Shown: positions 12,394 through 21,609 of the stretch, in pieces | Layout of the letters: every line of letters begins with the position of its first letter | How positions within the stretch are numbered: position 1 is the stretch's first letter | From: Piromyces finnis finn | Lineage: Eukaryota > Fungi > Neocallimastigomycota | Assembly (NCBI GenBank): GCA_002104945.1 | Contig: MCFH01000075.1 | Location: 1-64,000 of the forward strand | Length of the DNA stretch: 64,000 nucleotides | Direction of reading: 5' to 3' | Notes under the pieces: generated by a model | The model's database searches: none | What the model was told of the DNA's origin: nothing | The model's input: only the letters and a program-made list of their open reading frames with translations | Made by a program: the position numbers and the translations under genes

Positions 12394-12820
12394 TGTAACA
12401 AGAACTAGTGAGAACCACTAGGTTGTTGTAGGAAATAATAATAAATAAAACAAATAAATAAATAAAAACACAAAATTAAATAAACGATATTATTTAGGAT
12501 TTTATACTATTTTATTTATTATTATTCAATGTTAATAATAGCTCAAAGAGCATAAAATAAAAATAATACATGGTTATTTATATTCGTTAATTCTAATTCT
12601 ATAATACATGATTGGATTTTACATTAATATAAAATTTATCTATTCTATAATTATTCATACATTTAATTTAAATATAATTTATCTAACTATTCATTTAATT
12701 AAAATATAAATTATAAAAAGTAAATAATAGGATTCGAACCAGTGACAAAATCCATACTAAACCAAAGCCAGGTACCATTGAGCTATCCTAATGGTTATAA
12801 CGATACTTGATATCGTTACA
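12394..12820 (-). mobile_element. Solo LTR of another family inserted in Copia-2 gag
   Basis: 427 bp with TGTAAC...GTTACA termini and a perfect 5-bp TSD GTTAG (12389-12393, 12821-12825). Removing it rejoins gag (LYKLDDSS-NHGEWLRRL). Orientation is inferred from the TATA-like, AATAAA and GT-rich order. Confidence 0.88.
12715..12792 (-). promoter_or_regulatory. tRNA-type (type 2) Pol III unit inside the solo LTR
   Basis: A box TAGCTCAATGG (12785-12775), B box GGTTCGAATCC (12740-12730) starting 45 nt later, and T5 at 12719-12715. It does not fold into a cloverleaf. Confidence 0.7.
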
Positions 12821-13147
12821 GTTAGAGGAGTCATCCAGTTTGTACAAGCTCGAGTTTCTCCATCTTCTCATATGCGGACTCACAGTTCATAATGTACCTT
12901 TTAACAGAGTCGGTACAATTTGTAAAAATGATAATTCCTGCGAGTGCATCATTTGGTTCAAATTTGCTTGGTTCATTGAATGTTTTGTAGTTACTCTTGA
13001 TGTAACCACCAAGCTGTTTGGCCCTTAAGTAGCCTTCAATTGTACAGTACCATATATCAAAGTTGGAACTGCCTTGTAATTTATCCCTTTCGCTTAATAT
13101 GAATTCAGGCATTTTATTTATATTTTATAATATTTCTTTGTGAGCCA

Positions 13148-13163
13148 GTTGAGACTTTTAATC
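13148..13163 (-). promoter_or_regulatory. Copia-2 PBS complementary to the tRNA-Lys(UUU) anticodon arm
   Basis: Minus strand reads TCTAACA|GATTAAAAGTCTCAAC; the plus strand reads TTGAGA-CT-TTT-AA-TC. Confidence 0.8.
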
Positions 13164-13371
13164 TGTTAGAATTTTAGGTTTTTTAATATTTACTTTATTA
13201 TGGTAATTTATTAATATTTCATTACAAAGATTTAATGAACAATTACAAGTTTGTATTTATACTAAAATTTATGGCTTATGCTCTAATACATACATTATCA
13301 ATACATTACATTATATTAAATACATTTTATTAATGAATAAGGTTTATAATAAAGTTTGAGATTTTCTAACA

Positions 13372-13558
13372 AATTTAGCTCTTTTCAATGTATAAGAAAA
13401 AACGCGTTCCTATATACTTGTATTATGATAATAATAAATATTAATAAATAAATAGTTAAAATAAATATAAAACAATAAAAATTAATTATACAAATATTTT
13501 TTTTATATTGTTGGTGTTATATATAATATCATAACTATTAATATAAAAATAATATAAA
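13372..13558 (+). mobile_element. Older forward Copia-1-family LTR, second part
   Basis: CTTTTCA..ATAAGAAAA, ACTTGTATTA and TGTTGGTGTTATATA occur in the same order as in the Copia-1 LTR. The end is approximate. Confidence 0.7.
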
Positions 13559-13614
13559 ATATAATCTTTCAAATAATTATTAGTTAAATTAACATTAACA
13601 AAACATTAAATTAT

Positions 13615-13686
13615 AGGGGCGTTCCGGATTTGAACCGAAGACCTATTGATCTGCAGTCAATTGCTCTACCGCTGAGCTAACACCCC
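13615..13686 (-). tRNA. trnC: tRNA-Cys(GCA)
   Basis: Minus strand GGGGTGTTAGCTCAGCGGTAGAGCAATTGACTGCAGATCAATAGGTCTTCGGTTCAAATCCGGAACGCCCCT; anticodon loop CT-GCA-GA, U73 discriminator. Confidence 0.97.
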
Positions 13687-13754
13687 ATTCTTATTGTTTT
13701 TGTTGTGTAAGAATTAATAATTATTTATTGAATAATTATTAATTCTTATTTAAT

Positions 13755-14788
13755 TGTAAAAGTTTTACTAAACTTATAATTTAATATTAAAATATTAAAT
13801 TAAATAAAAGATTAAAAGATAACTAGGTTAGAAAAAAAAATGTTTTATTAAAATAATCTTAATTGATTTATAAATGAATAATTATATTATGTATTATAGT
13901 TAAAATAATTCCTTTTTATTTTATTTAAAGAATATATATAATAATAAGATTATTTAATAGTAATACTTATTAAGTATTAATAAGATAATAATCTTTACAA
14001 AGATTTAATTCATAAAACTATTCTAAACTATTTATACTATTTGTAATTTTACATTTAATAATAAAATAACTTTTCAATACATGATTATATTCATAATATA
14101 TTTTATAATACTTAAACTAAACTTAAGACTTATTCCTAATTATTAAAAAATAACTATTGTTTATAATATTCATAATATTAATTATTTCTTAATTATAATA
14201 TAATTCATTGAATATAATATTAATAATTATAATCCTCTAGTTCAAAGATTATAAATTATGTTATTGAAATAATTATTATAAAATAAAGTTAATTAGTTCC
14301 GGAAAATAATTTTAATTTAATTAAACAATAATTTTTTATACTTTGAGTGAATGATTTATGTTTGATATATCAGGGGTGATCATTCTCTGAATAAACAATT
14401 AATCATTGCTAACAAAATATCTTTAAATTGGAATATCTCGTGAACCAGCAGAGATATTGACCTGATTTTAAGATATGTTGTTTGTCTCGAGCGTGGCTTT
14501 CTAACGAACTTAATTATAACCAAAATATTTTTATTCAAAAATCGTCATTCGTTGAGGAGATACGCGTGTTTTTTCTTATTCCATTTTAACGATAAGGGTT
14601 AAAGTTATTTATTATAAAAATTATTAAGGGTTAAGGTCATATTTTAACCTTTTCTTAATTTTTAAATATTTCTTAATAAAATTTTATAATTTATTTAAAA
14701 ATAAAATATTTGTTGATTTTGAATTTTCATAAGTGATTTCACAATTCCAAGTGATCTTGAAATTGTAATTTCACTAGTATTCGTGACA
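13755..14788 (-). repeat. Gypsy 3' LTR (TGTCACG...CTTTTACA)
   Basis: 1034 bp, the reverse complement of 20480-21609. A purine-rich tract GGCGGAGCGA precedes it on the minus strand. Confidence 0.92.
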
Positions 14789-15707
14789 TCGCTCCGCCAA
14801 AAAAAATCGAATACCAGGCGATTGAAATAATATAAAATAAAGTTGTATAATAAAGTATAATTGAAATAAATTGAAGTAGTATATATTAAATATAAACCAA
14901 TATATAGTTGTATGTGTAACATGAAATAAAATGGTAACTAAATAAAGAATATATTTAATATAATATGTTGAATATATTGCAATATATGAAATAAAATTAA
15001 AAAACATTTTCTTGTGTAACATTCAGTCAAATTCATAAAATTTTTGAAAGAAATGTTGAAATTTAAATTGATCATTGAGTGAAAAAATTGAAATTCGTAC
15101 GAAAAATTAAAATTTGAATAAGAAATATTATTCCTAGGATATTGAAACACTTTTTATTTTTGAAAAATGTTAACATTTGCTAAAATAATTGAAATTTCAA
15201 AAATTGATCAAATAAACTTTAATTAATATGATTTTGAAAAAAAAAAATTTTTGAAATTTTTGAAAAATTTTTAATAATAAAAAATTTTTTCATTAAATAC
15301 AAAAAAATTTTGAACTAAACTTTTTGAAAAAATGTCACTGAAGACTATTGATTTTAATGATCGATCGAGATGGTGACAATATTGAAATTGATACTATTGA
15401 ATAGAGAATAAAATAAGCATTAACAACATATAAATATTTGTAATTGTACTGCTAAAATAAATTGAAAATTATTCTCTTTAAATATTTAATTTTCATTATA
15501 AAAATTTTGTGTTTTAAATTAAATAAATTGATAAAATTGTTGGATCAAAAATTATTGAATTGAAATTTAACATTCATAGAAAAAAATTTTTGAAATTTGT
15601 GTTGAAATGTATTAGATGAGTAATACAAATTATAATAAAACATAATGTTAGTGAAAGATATTAATAAATTTTTAAAAAATAAAATTGTTGAAATGCAATT
15701 TAAAGAA

Positions 15708-17025
15708 TTAGATTTTGTGTTTTCTAATACTTTTATTGAATTGAATTAATAATTCTTGATATCTTGGGTCACTTTCTATTACTGTAGCAGGAACCCAGTG
15801 CCAACTTAGGCGGTGATTATAACGAATTTTATATTCGTAGCGTTTTTCTTTATAATTTGTCCTAAAGTCACCAATTTCTATAATTTCTGCATTAGTTTCT
15901 TTATATTTAGATCTATTTTTAAATTTATCTGGCGTAGATACATAAGGTTCAAGTTCCGATATGTGAAATACAGGGTGGTGTTTTGGAAAAGGTGATTTTG
16001 AAATATCTATTTTATAATTACCATTGTTTAAAACTTCTAAAACCTTGTAAGGACCATACTTACGAGGCGCTAGTTTGGCATTTTCAGTAGTAGCAAAAGC
16101 AGGAGGTGCATGAATCCAAACTTTTTGTCCTTCATTCAATTCAGGAGCAATAATTCTTTTCTTATCGGCAGCTCTTTTGTATAAATCTTGAGATCTAAGC
16201 AAAACATCTTTAACTAAAAGGAAATTTTTACTAACATCTTTAATGTATTTAAAGTTTGAATCAGAACCTTGAAACAAAAAGACATCATCCATAGGTGGGT
16301 GGAATCCATAATTAATGAAAAATGGAGTTTGTTTTGTCGATTCATGAACTGTATTATTATAAACAAATTCAGCTAGATGTAACCATTCAATCCAGTCATC
16401 GTGGAAAAATGTTCTTGAATAGCAACGTAAATATTGTTCAATGAAAGAGTTACAACGTTCTACTTGACCAACGGTCTCATGGTGATCTGTGGTAGCTATT
16501 TTTGGCTTAACACGCAATTTTTCCATAATTTCTATCCATAAAGCACTAGTAAATTGTGTTCCTCTGTCCGTATAAATATCTGTAGGTAGTCCATGGAGTT
16601 TAAAAATATTTTTTAGGAAAGCTTTGGCAGTTTCTTCAGCTGTAGGTATTTCTTTGAACGGAATAAGGTGAATCATTTTTGAAAAGCGATCTACAACAAC
16701 CATTATAACGGAAAACTTTTTTGATTCAGGGAGACCACAAAGAAAATCGATTTCAATAGATTTCCAAGGGCGATCAGGAATTTCTAAAGGTCTTAAAAGA
16801 TCATATCTTTTATGTCTATTAACTTTATTTCTGGAACATTGTTCGCAAGAATTGACAAAATTTACGATATCTTGATGCATTTTGGGCCACCAAAAATTAC
16901 GGTTAATTAGTTCTTCAGTTCTTCGAATACCTAAATGACCAGCAGTAGCGTTATCATGGTACCTGGTTAAAATATCTACATGAAGTTTTTCTGGTACATA
17001 AATTAAATTATTATATAAAATTAAA
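15708..17025 (-). CDS. pol: Gypsy integrase with GPY/F motif and divergent chromodomain (separated from RT-RH by a frameshift near 17030)
   Basis: YHDNATAGHLG...C..C zinc finger upstream of the ORF-track start, SIEIDF, DRGTQF, GQVER, KYGPYKV, HPVFHISELEPY, then RYEYKIRYNHRLSWHWVP. Confidence 0.88.
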
Positions 17026-19404
17026 TTATTTTTTTATTTTAAATTTTTCCATTTTTCTGAAAGGTCTGTAAAAGTAACCTTGATTAGCATTATTAGGACT
17101 AAAGTAAAGATAAATATTATTCGCATTTTCATCATCCTTATAATTTTCTATTATTTGATCAATGAGAGAACCAACAATACCAACAAAACATGGAGTATCG
17201 GGAACGTTTTTATAATCTAATATATGTTCTGGTTTAGGTTCAACATTATTCTTCTCGTAATCAGGTCTTCTTGACAAACTATCAGGTTTACCATTTTTTC
17301 TTCCTTGGCGGTATATTAATTGAAAATTATATTCTTGGAAAAATAAATGCCAACGATGTTGACGTTGGTTTCCGACTTTACCACCTAAGGTGTATAGAAG
17401 GTTTTTATGGTCAGTAAAAACGGTTACTTGGTATTTAGCACCTAGTAATAAATGTCTCCAGGTAGAAAATGCACATTTTATAGCTAAAAGTTCCTTTTCA
17501 GTAATTGAATAATTTAATTCAGCATTGTTTAAACATCTTGAATAATATGCTACAGGATGTAATTTGTTATCTTCATCCTTTTGAGAAAGTATACAACCAA
17601 TGGCAAAATTACTAGCATCGCATTCGACAATAAATGGTTTGGTTGGATCTGGATGTAATAAAATAGGTGAAGAGATTAGTCTCTTTTTTAATTCTAAAAA
17701 TGAGTTATTACATTTATCATTCCAATTAAAACTAGTATTTTTCTTTGTTAAATTGTGAAGCGGTTTAGCAATAGTAGCAAAATCTTTTATAAATCTTCTA
17801 TAATAGTTGCATAATCCAACAAAGCGTTGAACATCTTTTACACAATTAGGTGTAGGCCATTCTTGGACAGATTTAATTTTCTTTGGATCAGTAGATATAC
17901 CATTGCCTGATATAACGTGTCCTAAAAATTCAACTTCTGGCTTGTGAAATTCACATTTCTTTAATTTAGCAAATAAATTATTTTTGAGCAATGTTTGGAG
18001 AACAGTACGAACATGTTGTATATGTTCATCTAATGTTTCCGAGTAAATCAGAATATCATCTAAATATAAAATAACAAATTTTTCTAAATAAGGGCGTAAT
18101 ACTGAATTAATAAATGATTGAAATGTAGCAGGGGCATTTCTTAAACCAAAAGGCATTACTAAATATTCATAGTGACCATATTTAGTTCTAAAAGCTGTCT
18201 TATATTCGTCTCCTTCACGAATACGCACTAAATTGTAAGCAGAACGAAGATCTAATTTTGAAAAGAATTTAGCACCTTTCACTCTTTCGATAATATCAGT
18301 AATTAGAGGAAGTGGGTAAGAATTGCGAATTGTAACTGCATTTAATTTTTTGTAATCAATACAAAGACGTAACGATCCATCCTTCTTTTTCTGAAATAAA
18401 ACAGGATAACCAGCTGGAGATTCAGATGGTCTAATGAATCCTTTCTTGAGATTTTCATCTATGTATTCTTTAAGAACTTGGGATTCATCTTCAGATAGAG
18501 GATATATAGGACCATAATGTAAAGAAGCATCTTTTTGTAAAACGATTTTACAATCCGTTAGCCTATGTGGTGGTAGTTTATCAGCCTTAACCTTGCTGAA
18601 AACTTCCGCTAAATCACGATATGGTTCTGGTACTTCTTCTAATTTGAAGTCTTCTTCATTATCAGTATTATAATCTTTTTCACTATTAGCTAAAAATGAG
18701 TGAATAAGGTAATTATAGCTGAAATTTTGATATTTTGGTTTAGAGTAATTTTTCAAATTATTAAAAGATGTATTGGAAGTTAATTTATTATGATTAATGG
18801 TTTTAATTTTTAAATTTTTGGATTTATTCAATCGGTTTTTATTAATTTTATATATAATTTTATTAGAATTTAATTTTTTAAAATTGTTAAAATTTAAACT
18901 TGAATATACAAAATTTTTATTATAATTAAAATGTAGTTGATATTTGTGTAAAAATTTATTGCCTAATAACAAATCTGTTGGAAGATTTTTAATAATTAGA
19001 AATTTTTCTTTAAAAGTAATTAAAAATTTTGAATGATTAATATAGATAGTAGTCTTAAAATATAAGAAGGTGTATGTATCAATAAATATTGAACCACTAA
19101 TTCCATTTATTTCAATTGAGTGTAATAATTTGTGTGGTTTTAGTTTTAATTTATTGACCAAGTTGATTGAAATAAAGTTGCAATATGAGCCACTATCTAA
19201 AATTAAATTGTATTGATTTTTATTAATTGAATTTTTTAAATCATAAAGTTTGTTTAATTTAATTGGGATAAAAAATTTTAAGTTGAAAAATGTTGTAGGC
19301 AATTTTTTATTTATTTTAGAGTCATATGTAGGAAAGTTGTAATGTATTATTTTTGTATTATGAACTCTCTTAGACTCTCTTGAGAGTTCATTTCTTAGTT
19401 TTTT
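17026..19404 (-). CDS. pol: Gypsy Pol (protease, RT, RNase H), entered by a -1 frameshift from gag
   Basis: LILDSGS protease; LCIDYKKLN, MPFGLRNAPATF, YLDDIL RT; ECDASNFAIG and TDHKNL RNase H. The frame is open back to the A-AAA-AAC heptamer. Confidence 0.93.
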   Translation of the reverse strand, partial: KKLRNELSRESKRVHNTKIIHYNFPTYDSKINKKLPTTFFNLKFFIPIKLNKLYDLKNSINKNQYNLILDSGSYCNFISINLVNKLKLKPHKLLHSIEINGISGSIFIDTYTFLYFKTTIYINHSKFLITFKEKFLIIKNLPTDLLLGNKFLHKYQLHFNYNKNFVYSSLNFNNFKKLNSNKIIYKINKNRLNKSKNLKIKTINHNKLTSNTSFNNLKNYSKPKYQNFSYNYLIHSFLANSEKDYNTDNEEDFKLEEVPEPYRDLAEVFSKVKADKLPPHRLTDCKIVLQKDASLHYGPIYPLSEDESQVLKEYIDENLKKGFIRPSESPAGYPVLFQKKKDGSLRLCIDYKKLNAVTIRNSYPLPLITDIIERVKGAKFFSKLDLRSAYNLVRIREGDEYKTAFRTKYGHYEYLVMPFGLRNAPATFQSFINSVLRPYLEKFVILYLDDILIYSETLDEHIQHVRTVLQTLLKNNLFAKLKKCEFHKPEVEFLGHVISGNGISTDPKKIKSVQEWPTPNCVKDVQRFVGLCNYYRRFIKDFATIAKPLHNLTKKNTSFNWNDKCNNSFLELKKRLISSPILLHPDPTKPFIVECDASNFAIGCILSQKDEDNKLHPVAYYSRCLNNAELNYSITEKELLAIKCAFSTWRHLLLGAKYQVTVFTDHKNLLYTLGGKVGNQRQHRWHLFFQEYNFQLIYRQGRKNGKPDSLSRRPDYEKNNVEPKPEHILDYKNVPDTPCFVGIVGSLIDQIIENYKDDENANNIYLYFSPNNANQGYFYRPFRKMEKFKIKK

Positions 19405-20303
19405 GAGTTCATCTTTTGAACTTTATTGACATAATTATTATTATTGTTTGAATTTTGATAATGGGTTTTATTCTTATTGAATTTCCTATTGTTTCTCTTA
19501 TTGTAATGTTGATTTTTATTATTATTATTATTGATATTTAATTTATTATTAGTAACAAGAGAATTTTCAAAAATTATACACTTTGTAACCATTTCACTTA
19601 AAGTGTTAGGTAAAATATCAGCTTTCTTAATTTCATTCTTATATTTTGGATGTAAACCATTTAAAAATATTAGTGAAAGACTAATGTCATCTATCTCTAA
19701 ACAACGACTTAAATCTCTAAATTTGTTAATATAATCGTTCACTTTTCCATAAGCTTGTCTTAATTCTATTAATTGAATCATGGCTAATTTGGTACTGGTA
19801 ACATTTGAAAAAGCTTTGTTTAATTCACTTAATAGTTCGTTCATAGTCATAGGAGTAATACCATCTTTATATTTAATATGATACCAAGTTCTGGCAGAAT
19901 CACGTAATCTAACAACAACAAAGTTAATTTTTACTTCTTCAGATAGTTGATTGTTAGGTGGAGTTTTAAAGGTAGCTTGGCAGAGTTCGCAGAATAACTC
20001 AGTCTGAGTAGTATCACCAGTAAAGAATCCTGGATCTGGTACTTGTTTGATAGGATAGGTTCTATTACGCATTATAACATCATGATCTTCATCATAATCG
20101 GTAGAAGATTCCTCGGTTTCAGTATAATTAGCACGACTCTTAAGTTCCTTTAACATAGCATCCATACGTTCTAACAAGGAGGTGGTATTTTTATCCAATT
20201 GTTGAGTGATATACTTGTCTAATTCACCACAAAGATTTTTCTTAAATTCTTCTAAATCTTGAGGCTTTAGGAATTGTTGAACTGGTTTAGGTGTTGGTTG
20301 AGT

Positions 20304-20306
<3 letters not shown>
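19395..20306 (-). CDS. gag: Gypsy Gag (capsid; no CCHC knuckle seen)
   Basis: DPGFFTGD, RLRDSARTWY, LIELRQAYGKVNDYINKF and IFLNGL match the Ty3-type retrotransposon gag pattern; it lies upstream of pol. Confidence 0.9.
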
Positions 20307-20352
<46 letters not shown>

Positions 20353-20393
20353 AAATTAAGTTTTTTCCTAAGGTAGTTATGGTAAAAAACGCG

Positions 20394-20404
20394 GTAAAGA
20401 TTAT
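20394..20404 (-). promoter_or_regulatory. Self-priming PBS (Tf1/sushi type)
   Basis: ATAATCTTTAC abuts the LTR end. Its exact complement GTAAAGATTAT lies inside the LTR (21269-21279; 13998-13988), about 30 nt after TATAAATA. Confidence 0.75.
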
Positions 20405-20474
20405 TGTAAAAGTTTTACTAAACTTATAATTTAATATTTTAATATTAAATTATAAGTTTAGTAAAACTTTTACA
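20405..20474. repeat. 70-bp palindrome of two LTR U5 ends
   Basis: 34-bp arms TGTAAAAGTTTTACTAAACTTATAATTTAATATT and its reverse complement, with a 2-nt centre. Confidence 0.95.
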
Positions 20475-20479
20475 TTAAT

Positions 20480-21609
20480 TGTCACGAATACTAGTGAAAT
20501 TACAATTTCAAGATCACTTGGAATTGTGAAATCACTTATGAAAATTCAAAATCAACAAATATTTTATTTTCAAATAAATTATAAAATTTTATTAAGAAAT
20601 ATTTAAAAATTTAGGAAAGGTTAAAATATGACCTTAACCCTTAATAATTTTTATAATAAATAACTTTAACCCTTATCGTTAAAATGGAATAAGAAAAAAC
20701 ACGCGTATCTCCTCAACGAATGACGATTTTTGAATAAAAATATTTTGGTTATAATTACGTTCGTTAGAAAGCCACGCTCGAGACAAACAACATATCTTAA
20801 AATCAGGTCAATATCTCTGCTGGTTCACGAGATATTCCAATTTAAAGATATTTTGTTAGCAATGATTAATTGTTTATTCAGAGAATGATCACCCCTGATA
20901 TATCAAACATAAATCATTCACTCAAAGTATAAAAATTATTGTTTAATTAAATCAAAATTATTTTCCGGAACTAATTAACTTTATTTTATAATAATTATTT
21001 CAATAACATAATTTATAATCTTTGAACTAGAGGATTATAATTATTGATATTATATTCAATGAATTATATTATAATTAAGAAATAATTAATATTATGAATA
21101 TTATAAACAATAGTTATTTTTTAATAATTAGGAATAAGTCTTAAGTTTAGTTTAAGTATTATAAAATATATTATGAATATAATCATGTATTGAAAAGTTA
21201 TTTTATTATTAAATGTAAAATTACAAATAGTATAAATAGTTTAGAATAGTTATGAAATTAAAATCTTTGTAAAGATTATTAACCAAAAATTATTAACCAT
21301 AAATTATTAAATTATTAACTATAAATTATTAACTAAAGATTATTAACTAGAAATTATTAATTATTAATAATAATTAATACTTAATGAGTATTACTACTAA
21401 ATAATCTTATTATTATATATTTTAGCAATATATCATTAAATAAAATAAAAGAAATTATTTTAACCATAATATATAATTTAATTATTCATTTATAAATCAA
21501 TTAAGATTATTTTAATAAAACATTTTTTTTTTCTAACCTAGTTATCTTTTAACCTTTTATTTAATTTAATATGTTAATATTAAATTATAAGTTTAGTAAA
21601 ACTTTTACA
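20480..21609 (+). mobile_element. Solo LTR of the same gypsy family, opposite orientation
   Basis: TG...CA, 1130 bp, TTAAT on both sides (20475-20479, 21610-21614). It has an extra ~14-bp-unit tandem array at ~21271-21370. Confidence 0.92.

Larger units (their letters stand above)
8270..13112 (-). pseudogene. gag-pol: Copia-2 gag-pol, broken by several frameshifts/stops and a solo-LTR insertion
   Basis: Fragments: gag N-terminus (13112-12831), gag with CVICDIPGHLAKDC, protease TYDTGASEH, integrase HSDIIGP/KSDNGREF, RT ARLVARGFTQ, RNase H ADALTK. Confidence 0.92.
7859..13371 (-). mobile_element. Decayed Ty1/copia element (Copia-2)
   Basis: LTRs 7859-8074 and 13164-13371 (TGTTAGAA...TTCTAACA; about 3 substitutions plus an 8-bp indel), PPT at 8075-8083, imperfect TSD AATTA/AATTT, fragmented gag-pol. 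Confidence 0.93.
13755..20474 (-). mobile_element. Ty3/gypsy chromovirus-type element with a collapsed 5' LTR
   Basis: Complete 3' LTR, gag and pol (PR-RT-RH-IN-chromo). Only ~34-45 bp of the 5' LTR remain, fused to an inverted LTR end. TTAAT flanks both sides. Confidence 0.93.

Noticed and set aside
12728-12792. A third functional tRNA gene
   Set aside because: The A and B boxes are present, but the acceptor, anticodon and T stems do not pair; reported as a Pol III unit instead.
13755-20474. A DNA transposon with 34-bp TIRs and TTAAT TSD, or inverted-LTR (DIRS-like) element
   Set aside because: The TIRs are LTR U5 ends, the pol is DDE-integrase gypsy with no tyrosine recombinase or transposase, and sequential insertion plus deletion explains the structure.
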